From an uncultured Armatimonadetes bacterium (GTDB lineage: Bacteria > Armatimonadota > Hebobacteria > Hebobacterales > Hebobacteraceae), in NCBI GenBank assembly GCA_963716175.1, contig OY970296.1, forward strand, positions 4,128,001 through 4,192,000: a stretch of 64,000 nt of DNA. The letters are read 5' to 3'. How positions within the stretch are numbered: the stretch's first letter is position 1; the number at the start of each line of letters is the position of its first letter. The translations under genes and the position numbers were made by a program. Under the pieces are notes generated by a model, which searched no databases, had not been told where the DNA came from, and was given only the letters and a program-made list of their open reading frames with translations. Positions 39,684-49,014 of this stretch are shown in pieces.

Positions 39684-41072
39684 ATGCTGGAGCGAAGGGT
39701 AATCAAGTCTCTGGCGCGCATCGTCGGCCGGCAGCATCTGCTGACAGAGCCGGCCGACCTGCTCGTGTATAGCTATGACTCCTCCACCGCCCGGGGAACG
39801 CCGGAGGCGGTGGCGCTGCCGGCCTCCACCGAGGAGGTGGCGCGGGTGGTCAAGGTGTGCGCGCAACACCGCATCCCCTTCGTGGCGCGAGGCGCGGGAA
39901 CCAATCTATCGGGCGGCGCGGCGCCGGTGCGCGGCGGCCTGGTGATCGCGCTGACGCGGATGAGCAGAGTGCTGGAGATCGTCCCGGCCAATCAGGTGGC
40001 GGTAGTGCAGCCGGGGGTGGTGAACCTGCAGCTCCAGGGGATGCTCGCCCCCTATGGGCTCCAGTTCTGCCCCGACCCAGCCAGCCAGAAGGTGTCCACA
40101 GTGGGCGGGAACGTGGCGGAGAACGCGGGCGGCCCGCACTGCCTCAAGTATGGCGTCACCACCAACCACGTGCTGGGCCTGACGGTGGTGCTGCCGTCCG
40201 GAGAGGTGAGGCGATTCGGGTCGCGGGCCTTGGACTCACCCGGCTACGACCTGGTGGGCCTGTTCATAGGCTCAGAGGGCACCCTCGGCATCGCCACCGA
40301 GATGATCCTGCGGCTGCGGCCCTTGCCGGAGACCACGCAGGTGGTGGTGGCGATTTTCGATAGCCTGGAGGCCTCCGGCGCGGCGGTGTCGCGGATCATC
40401 GCGGAGGGGATTCTGGCGGCGGCGCTGGAGATCATGGACCGCTCCACCATGGAGGCGGTGGAGGCGTCGTTCCCTTCCGGGCTGCCCACCGACGCGGAGG
40501 CGCTGCTGCTGATCGAGCTGGACGGGCTGAAGGAGGCGTTGGACCGGAAGACGGAGCGGTGCGCGCACATCTGCCGGGAGTTCGAGGCCAGGAGGGTGGA
40601 GATCGGTCGCGCCCCAGAGGAGCAAGAGCGGCTGTGGGCGGCGCGCAAGTCGGCCTTCGGCGCTACGGCGCGGCTCAGCCCGGCCATGCTGGTGAATGAT
40701 GCCACCGTGCCGCGCACGCGCATCCCCGAGGTGCTGCGGCAGATGCAGGAGATCGAGCGCAAGCACGGGCTGAGAATCGCCAAGGTGTTCCACGCCGGCG
40801 ACGGCAACCTGCACTCGAACATCCTGTTCCGGCGAGAGGCGCCGGAGGAGTTGGAGAGGGCGAAGGCGGCAAGTGTTGACATCTTCCATCTCTGCGCGAG
40901 TGTGGGAGGAACCATCACCGGCGAGCACGGGGTGGGAGCGGAGAAACCCGAGTACATGAGCCTGATCTACTCCCCGGCAGACCTGGAGGCGCAGCGCAAG
41001 CTGAAGCAGATGCTCGATCCCATCGGTATCGCCAACCCGGGGAAGGTGCTGCCGGAGGCGCGCGATTGCTAG
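39684..41072 (+). CDS. glcD: FAD-linked oxidase GlcD
   Basis: RGAGTNLSGG, PDPAS, NAGGPHCLKYG, HAGDGNLH, GEHGVG. Confidence 0.93.
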   Translation: MLERRVIKSLARIVGRQHLLTEPADLLVYSYDSSTARGTPEAVALPASTEEVARVVKVCAQHRIPFVARGAGTNLSGGAAPVRGGLVIALTRMSRVLEIVPANQVAVVQPGVVNLQLQGMLAPYGLQFCPDPASQKVSTVGGNVAENAGGPHCLKYGVTTNHVLGLTVVLPSGEVRRFGSRALDSPGYDLVGLFIGSEGTLGIATEMILRLRPLPETTQVVVAIFDSLEASGAAVSRIIAEGILAAALEIMDRSTMEAVEASFPSGLPTDAEALLLIELDGLKEALDRKTERCAHICREFEARRVEIGRAPEEQERLWAARKSAFGATARLSPAMLVNDATVPRTRIPEVLRQMQEIERKHGLRIAKVFHAGDGNLHSNILFRREAPEELERAKAASVDIFHLCASVGGTITGEHGVGAEKPEYMSLIYSPADLEAQRKLKQMLDPIGIANPGKVLPEARDC

Positions 41073-41132
41073 GGCGAACCGAGGGCTGTCGAACGTGAGG
41101 AAATCCCGGCCGCGAACAGCACGAGACGAGAG

Positions 41133-42439
41133 ATGAACGGCCTGGCGGCAACCTTGAGGCGGGCGGAGGAGATCGTCGGCGCGAGCCACCTGTTGACCGC
41201 GACCGATGAGGTCGGGAAGCAAGCGGTGGAGGGGCAGACTCCGGTCGCGGCGGCCTTCCCGGGGTCGGCAGAGGAGGTGGCCGCGCTGCTGCGGGCCGCG
41301 TCAGAGGCGAAGCTCTCCGTGCTGCTGCGCGGCGCCGGTCAACACCTCTACCTGGGCGCGCCCCTGAGCCCATCGGGCTGGTGGTGTCGCTGGCCCGGTT
41401 GGACTCAATCGTCGAGTACGACCCGGAGGATCTCACCGTGACGGCCCAGGCTGGGATGTCGCTGGGCGCGCTCCAGCGCGCGGTGGGCAAGTCCGGGCAG
41501 ATGCTGCCGCTGGACCCGCCGGGACCGGAGTCGGCGACCCTGGGCGGCGTGGCGTCGGCGAATCTGGCCGGTCCGATGCGCGTGCGCTACGGTTCGGCCC
41601 GGGACCTGGTGATCGGGCTGCGGGTAGCGCTCGCCAGCGGTGAGGTGATCAAGACCGGAGGCCGGACGGTCAAGAATGTGGCGGGTTACAGCCTGACCAA
41701 GCTCTTCATCGGATCTTTGGGCACGGTGGGCGCGATAGTGGAGGTGACGACGCGACTCACCCCGCTGCCGGAAGCGGGAGCGATGCTAGCAGCAGTGCTC
41801 TCGCCCTCGGAGGCGCGGGAAGTGACGGCCTGGTTGGTGGGCTCTCCCCTGGAGATGGCGGCCTGCGAGCTGGTCAATGGCGCGGCCGCCCTCCGGCTCG
41901 GCCCTGCGCTGCCCTTGACGGCCGGCGCCGCGGAAGAGGTGCTATTAGTGGGCCTAGCGGGAGACAGGGAAGCGCTGGCGCGCCAGCAGCGCGAGATTCG
42001 GAACCGAGTGAGGGAGTGCGCTTGCTTAGAGGGAGAGCAGGCCGACGAGCTGTGGCGGCGGGCGCGGGAACTGGCCTACCCGGCGCCGGGCGAAATCCTG
42101 GCGAGAGCCATGGTGCCGATTTCCCGCCTCTCAGAGATGATGGATCTAATCTCGTCGTGGGAGGGATGGTCGGGAATAGGCCGCGCGGGAGATGGCCTGG
42201 TGTACGCGCGTCCGCCAACAGGTGAGGCGACAGCGGACAGCAAGACGAAGCTGGATGCGCTGCGAGCCGCGGCGCAGGAGGCTGGTGGATTCGCGGTGCT
42301 GGAGTCGGGGCCGCTGGGGTTGAAGCGCGAGTTCCCGGTGTGGGGCGAGGTCGCGAACTGGGACTTGATGCGGGAGCTGAAGCAGGCCTATGATCCCGCT
42401 GGAATACTGGGATGCGGGCGCTTGCTTCCCAGGAGATAG
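41133..42439 (+). CDS. glcE: FAD-binding subunit GlcE (frameshift near 41370)
   Basis: EYDPEDLTVTAQAG, GGRTVKNVAGY, GSLGT, YDPAGIL. Confidence 0.85.
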
Positions 42440-42451
42440 AGGGGGTCGGCC

Positions 42452-42503
42452 AAAAAAGGGAGGCACAAGCCGGGGCGAGGGGGGGTGTCGGCCTGAGCCT
42501 CCC
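42452..42503 (-). terminator. Intrinsic terminator with C-rich loop
   Basis: GGGAGGCTCAGGCCG / CGGCTTGTGCCTCCC stem followed by T6. Confidence 0.75.
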
Positions 42504-42590
42504 GAGAGGACGGTACCGTCCCTATCAACTTCAGTCTCTTGTATCAGCCTGCCTAGCTTTTCAGGTTCTACGCTAGGAGGCGGTACCGTC
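42452..42590 (-). ncRNA. Candidate ~140-nt small RNA
   Basis: Lies between a TTGACG-N17-CATAAT promoter and an intrinsic terminator; no ATG; internal stems. Confidence 0.6.
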
Positions 42591-42594
42591 CAGT

Positions 42595-42623
42595 ATTATG
42601 TACCCTTACCTTAACCCCGTCAA
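42595..42623 (-). promoter_or_regulatory. Sigma70-type promoter
   Basis: TTGACG (42623-42618), 17-nt spacer, CATAAT (42600-42595). Confidence 0.65.
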
Positions 42624-43055
42624 ACTAATCTGTGCCCCGGGTTACACACTAGGTGTCCTGTGGCGGGGGAATGTACGAATAGTAGGACACGGGCCAACCG
42701 CGTGCTGGCGTGGTGCTATCTGCCTGCGCGGCGAGAGTATGGTTGGTCCAACAAGCAGGCGGCTACGCCAGACCAGGAGGGAAGCTGGCCCTCTCCCCGG
42801 CCCCGAGGCCCGGGGGAGATTGGCCTCCCGCTGCGGGGGCAACACCGTTCCAGGACACGTCCAGCATGGGATGCACGCTTGCGTTTCCGGGCGCGCTCGC
42901 CGCGGAGTGCCATGTATCAATGGTGTGAGCGCGCGACAAGAAGCGCTTTAGCGTGCGCAGGCCACTTGGTGGTATCCAATGGGGACGTGACCGTCCAGCG
43001 TTGGTTTCGGGGTCGGCGCCGATAACTGCCGGTCACACCCGATGGGGGTGAAGCG

Positions 43056-43085
43056 TTGACAGGCGACGAAAGGGGTGCCTATAAT
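43056..43085 (+). promoter_or_regulatory. Consensus sigma70 promoter
   Basis: TTGACA-N18-TATAAT, 30 bp before ATG 43116. Confidence 0.8.
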
Positions 43086-43115
43086 GCGCCCCGATTTGGC
43101 GACCAGGGAAAGTGA

Positions 43116-43793
43116 ATGAAAGCATCCGCGGTTATTCCCGCCTACAACGAAGCCGAGCGCATCGAGCGGGTGTTGAACGCAGTAGCCTCATCGGCCTCAG
43201 TTGACCAGATCATAGTGGTGGACGACGGGTCGCGCGACCGGACGGCGGCGGTGGCAGCGCAGCACAATGGGGCGGTAGTAGTGCGGCTGGCCCAGAACCA
43301 GGGGAAAGCGGCAGCGATGGCGGCCGGAGTGCGGCGGGCCAGGAACCAGGTAGTGGTTTTCCTGGACGCGGACCTAGTGGGGCTGACTGACCATCACGTG
43401 GACGACCTGGTGGCCCCGGTGCTGAGGGGCGAGGCGGACATGACCGTGGGGCAGTTCCAGGGGGGACGGGGGTGGATCACACTCTGGCAGCGCCTGGTGC
43501 CGGCGATATCAGGCCAGCGGGCGATGCGAGCGGCTGATTTCATGGGGGTGCCGAACCTGGAGGGCGCCGGCTTCGGGGTGGAGCTGGCGATCTCCAGGCA
43601 TGCCGCGCGGCGGCGACTGCGCACTCGCCTCGTCTATCTCCCCGAGATGACGCACGTGATAAAGGAGGAGAAGCGGGGCCTGCTGCGGGGCCTGCGCGAT
43701 CGCATCGTGATGTACGCGCAGATGCTGCGATCGGCGCTGGGCAATGGCTATCATCACCTGCAAGAGACAGCGGAAGAGAGGGACCGAGGCTGA
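43116..43793 (+). CDS. Family 2 glycosyltransferase
   Basis: VIPAYNE, VVDDGSRD, NQGK, FLDADL, SGQRA. Confidence 0.92.
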   Translation: MKASAVIPAYNEAERIERVLNAVASSASVDQIIVVDDGSRDRTAAVAAQHNGAVVVRLAQNQGKAAAMAAGVRRARNQVVVFLDADLVGLTDHHVDDLVAPVLRGEADMTVGQFQGGRGWITLWQRLVPAISGQRAMRAADFMGVPNLEGAGFGVELAISRHAARRRLRTRLVYLPEMTHVIKEEKRGLLRGLRDRIVMYAQMLRSALGNGYHHLQETAEERDRG

Positions 43794-43904
43794 CGGGTCC
43801 CGTGTCCGGCCCTATGAGTCTCTAACGGGACAGTCTGCGGGGCTGTATCAAAGCCAGCGCGGGAGGATGACAGCCCACTCGAAGGGGTTCGGACACAGCC
43901 TTTG

Positions 43905-44606
43905 ATGGGTGCCACGCTCACTATTCGACTCCACTGTTGGGTCTGCGACCAACGCTTCGAGGCCGAGCAGCCACGTTCGTATGCCCTCTCCGGCCGCGGG
44001 TCCGACCTGTGTCCCAGGCCGGTCGGACTCAACCCTCTCCCGCTGCTGGTGCACATCTGCCCCAACTGCGGCTTCACCGGGGACGGCCGCGGCTTCGACC
44101 CCGAGCAGGCCGATGACCAGGTGCAGGAGTGGGTGCTGGCAGGGGGCCTGACGGCGTTGGATAGAGACAGTGACCGCAGCGATGTGAAGTATGAGCGAGC
44201 CGCGCTCTGCCATGCGCGGCGCCGGCGGCCCAGTCCGCTGCAAGTGGCGGAGTTCTACCTGGCGGCTTCCTGGTCGGCCCAGTTGGAGGAGGCGCCAGAG
44301 CGTGCGCCGAGCTACCAGGAGGAGGCGGCGGGGCACCTGGAACGAGCGCTCTTGATCGGGGAGGTCGCGGACGAAGAACGGGCGATCATGAGCTACCTGG
44401 CCGGGGAACTGCGCCGGCGGCTGGGGGAGTTCGAGGCCGCGCTGCAGCTTTTCGATGAAGCGGCAGTGGAGTTCACCCAGCACGGCGGACCGCGCTGGCT
44501 GCTGCAAGCGCTGGGACAGCAGGCGGGCCTGGCGAAGCACCGGTCCAGCGCGGAGGCGGAGCTGGCGGTCGGGAAGAGGAGCGACGGGAACACCACCCGG
44601 CACTAA
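43905..44606 (+). CDS. DUF2225-like zinc-finger / TPR protein
   Basis: CWVC..D.CP..NP..CPNCG, YLAGELRRRLGEFEAA. Confidence 0.75.
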   Translation: MGATLTIRLHCWVCDQRFEAEQPRSYALSGRGSDLCPRPVGLNPLPLLVHICPNCGFTGDGRGFDPEQADDQVQEWVLAGGLTALDRDSDRSDVKYERAALCHARRRRPSPLQVAEFYLAASWSAQLEEAPERAPSYQEEAAGHLERALLIGEVADEERAIMSYLAGELRRRLGEFEAALQLFDEAAVEFTQHGGPRWLLQALGQQAGLAKHRSSAEAELAVGKRSDGNTTRH

Positions 44607-44770
44607 AGAGCTTCGCCAAATGAAGTAACACGGCGAAGCTCAAGAAGCGGCCCAGACAGGCACAGGGCGATGTTCGCGCAATGAAGTAACATTGCGCGAA
44701 CGTCTTTCTTCAGGCATTCCCTGGCTTTCTGATGAATGTCGCCCGTTACTTCTTTGGGCGACATTCATTA
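44604..44770. repeat. Hairpin element, family X copy 2 (three hairpins)
   Basis: Three stems with loop motif GAAGTAAC/GTTACTTC fill the gap between convergent stop codons. Confidence 0.8.
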
Positions 44771-45088
44771 GGCACCTGCCCGGAAGATGCGCCGGAACAC
44801 CTGCGGCAGATGCTGTCGGGCCGCAAGCCCGAAGGCGAGGAAGAACGTGCCCAGCGCAAAGCCCCACCAGAACCAAGGTCCGGGGCCGCCGGGCAAGGAG
44901 CCGCGCAGCATGGGCGCGAACACTTGCCAGGCAAGGGCCAGGAACAGACCCACCCCCAGCAGGATGGAGGTGAAGATGCAGTAGGCCACTCGCCTCGGAT
45001 GGCGCCTCAGGAACGCCAGATAGGCGCCGCAGACCGGGCACCAGTCGCCCGGCCTGCCGTGTTCAGAATCACACACAGGGCAAACCAA
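44768..45088 (-). CDS. Small zinc-ribbon membrane protein
   Basis: CPVC..CPVCG plus two TMs; TTG start behind a G-rich RBS. Confidence 0.65.
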   Translation of the reverse strand: MVCPVCDSEHGRPGDWCPVCGAYLAFLRRHPRRVAYCIFTSILLGVGLFLALAWQVFAPMLRGSLPGGPGPWFWWGFALGTFFLAFGLAARQHLPQVFRRIFRAGA

Positions 45089-45125
45089 CGAACCACACCC
45101 CCCTTGAGATAACTCGCCGCCCTCC

Positions 45126-45258
45126 CCAGAAGCTGTTTCATAACCTTCCCAGGGGGAGGCTATGAAACAGCCCCGCACAGCGTCAGGCCGTGGCCGGCGC
45201 ATTTCATGCGAGGGCGTGGTGCGGCCAGCCAGCAGGTAGGTTATCAAATGCGCGCTAG
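45126..45258. mobile_element. 133-bp MITE-like element, family Y copy 3
   Basis: Near-identical to 20823-20954. Confidence 0.75.
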
Positions 45259-45385
45259 TCTGTTATTCCACAGGCGAGCGCTGAGGTTCACCAGAGCGGG
45301 CTGGAGGAGGCACCCGCGTCGCCAGCCCTCGCCGGCGATGCGGGGATAGCTCTGCGCGCCACCCGCGGCGGCCGGCGCCGCGCGC

Positions 45386-45414
45386 TTCACATGATCGGGG
45401 ACGAGAGCTATACT
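45386..45414 (+). promoter_or_regulatory. Putative sigma70 promoter
   Basis: TTCACA-N17-TATACT. Confidence 0.5.
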
Positions 45415-45667
45415 GCTAGGAAAGCTGGCGGGATGCGAGTCGCCGATGTCACCTGCTCGGCCTGAGAAGGATGGTCCAGGCGGCCTGCTCCGAAGCTCGG
45501 ACGACGAGGCGTTCCCGGCCTCAGCTCACATGTCCACCGCCCCGGCGGGCGGTGGCGCCGCTTGTGCGAAACGAACGGGTGTGATAGGCTAGGATATCAA
45601 TTAGCTCAAGGCTGCACTAATTCTCTGGATGCCCAGAGGGATCGAGATCAAGCCTAGGAGGCGCGTG

Positions 45668-46891
45668 ATGGCGAAGACGCTGGAGGAGATCAACCAGAAG
45701 ATTCGGCGAGGCCAGGTAGTGGTGGTCACGGCCGAAGAGATGGTCGGGATCGTGGCCGAGAGAGGGCCCAAGAAGGCGGCTGAGGCGATTGACGTGGTGA
45801 CCACGGGCACCTTCGGCGCGATGTGCTCCTCCGGGCTGATGATGAACCTTGGGCACTCCCGCCCCCGCATCAAGCTGGGCGGGGGACAGGTGCGACTGAA
45901 CCGGGTGCCCGCCTACGCGGGCCTGGCCGCGGTGGATATCTACCTGGGGGCCACCGCGCTGCCGGACGAGGATCCGCGCAACGCGGTGTTCCCGGGCGAG
46001 TTCCGCTATGGCGGCGCGCATGTGATCGAGGACCTGGTGGCCGGCCGGCGAGTGCTGCTGGAGGCCAGCAGCTATGGGACCGACTGCTATCCGCGGCGTC
46101 AGATCAGCACCTGGATCACGCTGCAGGAGCTGAACGAGGCCTACCTGTTCAACCCAAGGAACGGTTACCAGAACTACAACGTGGCGGTCAATCGCTCGGA
46201 CCGGACCATCTATACCTACATGGGGGTGTTGAAGCCGCATCTTGGCTGCGCGAACTACTGCAGCGCGGGCCAGCTCTCGCCGCTGCTGAACGACCCGAAC
46301 TACCGCACCATCGGGCTAGGCAGCCGGATCTTCCTGGGGGGCGGCATCGGTTACGTGGCCTGGCAAGGTACCCAGCACAGCCCGGCGGCGCCGCGCAATG
46401 AACGCGGTATCCCGGTCTCGGGGGCGGCGACGCTGGCGGTGGTGGGCGACTTGAAGCAGATGTCGGCCCACTGGGTGCGCGGGGCGAGCTTCCGCGGCTA
46501 TGGCACTACGCTGATGGTCGGGCTGGGCCTGCCCATCCCGGTGCTGGACGAGGAGATCGCGGCCCAGACCGGGGTGTCCGATGCCGACATCCAGGCCTCC
46601 GTGGTGGATTACGGTCGCGCCTACCCGGAGCGGCAGCCGGAGGTGATCTGCCGGGTCAGCTACGCCCAGCTCAAGTCGGGGACGATCGCGGTGGAGGAGA
46701 AGACGGTGCCCACCACGCCGCTGTCCAGCTACCCGCGGGCGCGGGAGGCGGCCGAGACCCTGAAGCAGTGGATTGCCGAAGGCAGGTTCGAGCTGACCGC
46801 GCCGGCCGCTCCCATCCCGGGCCCCGAGTCCGCGATGATGATGCGGCCCATGGCGGATCACCCGCCAGAGCAGAGCGCGACAACTAGCTGA
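45668..46891 (+). CDS. L-aspartate semialdehyde sulfurtransferase (DUF39 homocysteine biosynthesis protein)
   Basis: DVVTTGTFGAMCSSG, YGGAHVIEDL, YGTDCYPR, NPRNGYQNY, GQLSPLLND. Confidence 0.9.
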   Translation: MAKTLEEINQKIRRGQVVVVTAEEMVGIVAERGPKKAAEAIDVVTTGTFGAMCSSGLMMNLGHSRPRIKLGGGQVRLNRVPAYAGLAAVDIYLGATALPDEDPRNAVFPGEFRYGGAHVIEDLVAGRRVLLEASSYGTDCYPRRQISTWITLQELNEAYLFNPRNGYQNYNVAVNRSDRTIYTYMGVLKPHLGCANYCSAGQLSPLLNDPNYRTIGLGSRIFLGGGIGYVAWQGTQHSPAAPRNERGIPVSGAATLAVVGDLKQMSAHWVRGASFRGYGTTLMVGLGLPIPVLDEEIAAQTGVSDADIQASVVDYGRAYPERQPEVICRVSYAQLKSGTIAVEEKTVPTTPLSSYPRAREAAETLKQWIAEGRFELTAPAAPIPGPESAMMMRPMADHPPEQSATTS

Positions 46892-46917
46892 GCCAGCCTG
46901 CAAGCTGAAAGGAAACA

Positions 46918-47331
46918 GTGATGCGAGTCTCCCATAAAGTCGTGCTTCACTTCCCGCCCGTGGTGGTGGAACAGCCCGTGGTGTATCACCTCGCGCGCGA
47001 CTACGAGCTGGCCTTCAACATTCTGAAGGCCTCCATCAACCCCCAGGAAGAGGGGCTGATGGTGATCGAGCTGAGCGGGGAGCAGTCCGATTACGAGCGG
47101 GCCAGCAGCTACCTGGCGAAGCAGGGGATCCGGGTGCAGCCACTGCTGCAGGACATCCGCAAGAACGACGAGCGCTGTGTGGACTGCGGCGCCTGTGTCG
47201 GGATCTGCCCCTCTCAAGCGCTCACCCTGGAGCGACCCTCCATGAAGGTGCTCTTCCGGGCGGAGGACTGCGTGGCCTGTGGGGAGTGCGTTCCGACCTG
47301 CCCGGTGCGGGCGATGGAGCTGCATTTCTGA
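46918..47331 (+). CDS. NIL-domain ferredoxin
   Basis: FNILKA NIL motif plus two CxxCxxCxxxCP. Confidence 0.9.
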   Translation: MMRVSHKVVLHFPPVVVEQPVVYHLARDYELAFNILKASINPQEEGLMVIELSGEQSDYERASSYLAKQGIRVQPLLQDIRKNDERCVDCGACVGICPSQALTLERPSMKVLFRAEDCVACGECVPTCPVRAMELHF

Positions 47332-47454
47332 GAGGCGAACGGCATCCATCCGCAGATGAACGCAGATGAACACGGATCGCGGGGCGGGCGTGTCTCAGAC
47401 GCCCGCCCCGCGAGTAAACTGGGATGCGGGCGATAGCGGAAAGAGGAGCGGCGC

Positions 47455-48201
47455 ATGCGAGATGAGCCGCGCACCTATCGGGGATGGCTGCGCAGCGAGC
47501 TGCGCCAGTTCCGCGTGCGCATTGCCGAGTCAGACCTATTGATCAGCGCCGAGCGCCCGCTCCGCAGCCTGGCGGAGCGGGCGCTGCGTTCCGCCCGGGC
47601 CGATCTGGAGGCATACCTGCAGTCGGACCCGGGGTTCAGGGAGGCGCTGCGCCCATACGACCCCGGGCCGGAGGCGGCCCCCCTCGTGCAAGAGATGGCC
47701 CAGGCCGCGCGCGCGTGCGGCGTGGGGCCGATGGCAGCGGTGGCCGGCGCGGTGGCCGAGCAGGTGGGGCGCGCGCTGCTGGCCGAGACCGGCCAGGTGA
47801 TCGTGGAGAACGGGGGCGATATCTTCCTCTACAGCACGCGTGTCCGGACCGCGGCCATCTGCGCCGGCTCCTCCCCTCTCTCCGGGCGGCTGGGCCTTCG
47901 CGTTTCGCGCACCGAGCAAGCACTCGGTTTGTGCACTTCGTCTGGGACGGTGGGGCCTTCGTTGAGCCTCGGGCGAGCGGACGCGGCGATGGTGCTGGCA
48001 ACCTCGGCCGCCCTCGCCGACGCCGCCGCCACCGCGCTGGGCAACCGCGTTCAGAGCGAGAACGACATCGCGAGCGCGCTGGAGCACCTGCAGACCATCG
48101 AGGGGGTGCTGGGGGGCGCGGTGATCATCGGCGAGCACCTGGGGGCGTGGGGGGAGGTGGAATTCGTGCCTGTGTCGCCGGAGGAACGCGGTCGGGCATA
48201 G
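47455..48201 (+). CDS. UPF0280 / ApbE-like protein
   Basis: VGPMAAVAGAVAE, ENGGDI, CTSSGTVGPSLSLG, ADAAATALGN. Confidence 0.9.
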   Translation: MRDEPRTYRGWLRSELRQFRVRIAESDLLISAERPLRSLAERALRSARADLEAYLQSDPGFREALRPYDPGPEAAPLVQEMAQAARACGVGPMAAVAGAVAEQVGRALLAETGQVIVENGGDIFLYSTRVRTAAICAGSSPLSGRLGLRVSRTEQALGLCTSSGTVGPSLSLGRADAAMVLATSAALADAAATALGNRVQSENDIASALEHLQTIEGVLGGAVIIGEHLGAWGEVEFVPVSPEERGRA

Positions 48202-48260
48202 ACGCGAACCGCTCGCGCCGGTAGAATGACGCTGCATGCCAAGGGGAGGACCAAGCACAG

Positions 48261-48497
48261 ATGCAACCGCTGCGGCGCACAATCCAGGCTGTCATCAGAC
48301 CAGGCGAGGAAAGCGGCTTTGTGGCCGAATGCCTGGAGCTTGCTGTCGTCACCCAAGGGAGGACCCTGGATGAGACAGTGGCCAATCTGCGGGAGGCGGT
48401 GTCGCTTCATCTGGAGGGCGAGGACCTGGCAGCCCTAGGGCTGGCCCCCGAGCCAACCATCGTGATCAGCATGGAGCTAGAGCCGGTACATGCCTAG
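48261..48497 (+). CDS. hicB: HicB-family antitoxin (short form)
   Basis: FVAECLEL..TQGRTLDE...NLREA. Confidence 0.85.
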   Translation: MQPLRRTIQAVIRPGEESGFVAECLELAVVTQGRTLDETVANLREAVSLHLEGEDLAALGLAPEPTIVISMELEPVHA

Positions 48498-48735
48498 ACT
48501 GCGGCGGCTCTCGGGTCAGGATGCGATCCGCGCACTCGCCGGCTTTGGCTTCCGTCCTACGTCCCAGCGGGGCAGCCATGTGAAACTAGTCCGACTGACA
48601 CCCGAAGGAGCGAGGCAGACTCTGACCGTTCCCGATCACCGCGAACTGGACCCTGGAACCTTGAAGGCGATCTTTCGTCAGGCGTCTCGCTACGTGCCGG
48701 CTGACGAGCTTCGCCCGCTTTTCTACCATGGATAG
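48490..48735 (+). CDS. hicA: HicA-family toxin
   Basis: GF..QRGSH, TVPDH..L.PGTLKAIFRQ. Confidence 0.88.
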   Translation: MPRLRRLSGQDAIRALAGFGFRPTSQRGSHVKLVRLTPEGARQTLTVPDHRELDPGTLKAIFRQASRYVPADELRPLFYHG

Positions 48736-48849
48736 ATCTCGGGGACAACGGCGGGGCAAGGGGGCAATGATGGGCAAGCGCCCAGAGGCGCGGGCGAGGT
48801 GGAGGTGGTGCGGGTCGAAAGGCCATCCGCCGATGGACGCCGATGAACA

Positions 48850-48936
48850 GGGATAGTTTCGGGACCAGCGGTCCCGAAACACCGGAAGCCGATAGACACG
48901 GGTAGTTTCGGGACCAGAGGTCCCGAAACACCGGAC
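48850..48936. repeat. Two direct copies of hairpin TTTCGGGACC-AGN-GGTCCCGAAA
   Basis: About 36-bp direct repeat; the second copy is GTAG-headed. Confidence 0.75.
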
Positions 48937-49014
48937 TAGTCCTTGTGCGCCCCCAGGAGCACGCTGCCGGGTTGTGGTAGTGTTGCATCCCAGCAACTCG
49001 AAGCGAGGTGAGCT

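Noticed and set aside
42440-43115. glcF gene or other CDS after glcE
   Set aside because: No ORF with Fe-S/CCG motifs; the listed short ORFs lack RBS or motif support.
45423-45526. SRP RNA, 6S RNA or SAM-I riboswitch
   Set aside because: Lacks the SRP helix-8 motif and the SAM-I core, and is too short for 6S; kept only as an unassigned candidate.
48850-48936. Possible mini-CRISPR (two ~36-bp palindromic repeats)
   Set aside because: Only two copies with a ~14-bp gap; the GTAG-headed hairpin fits a REP.
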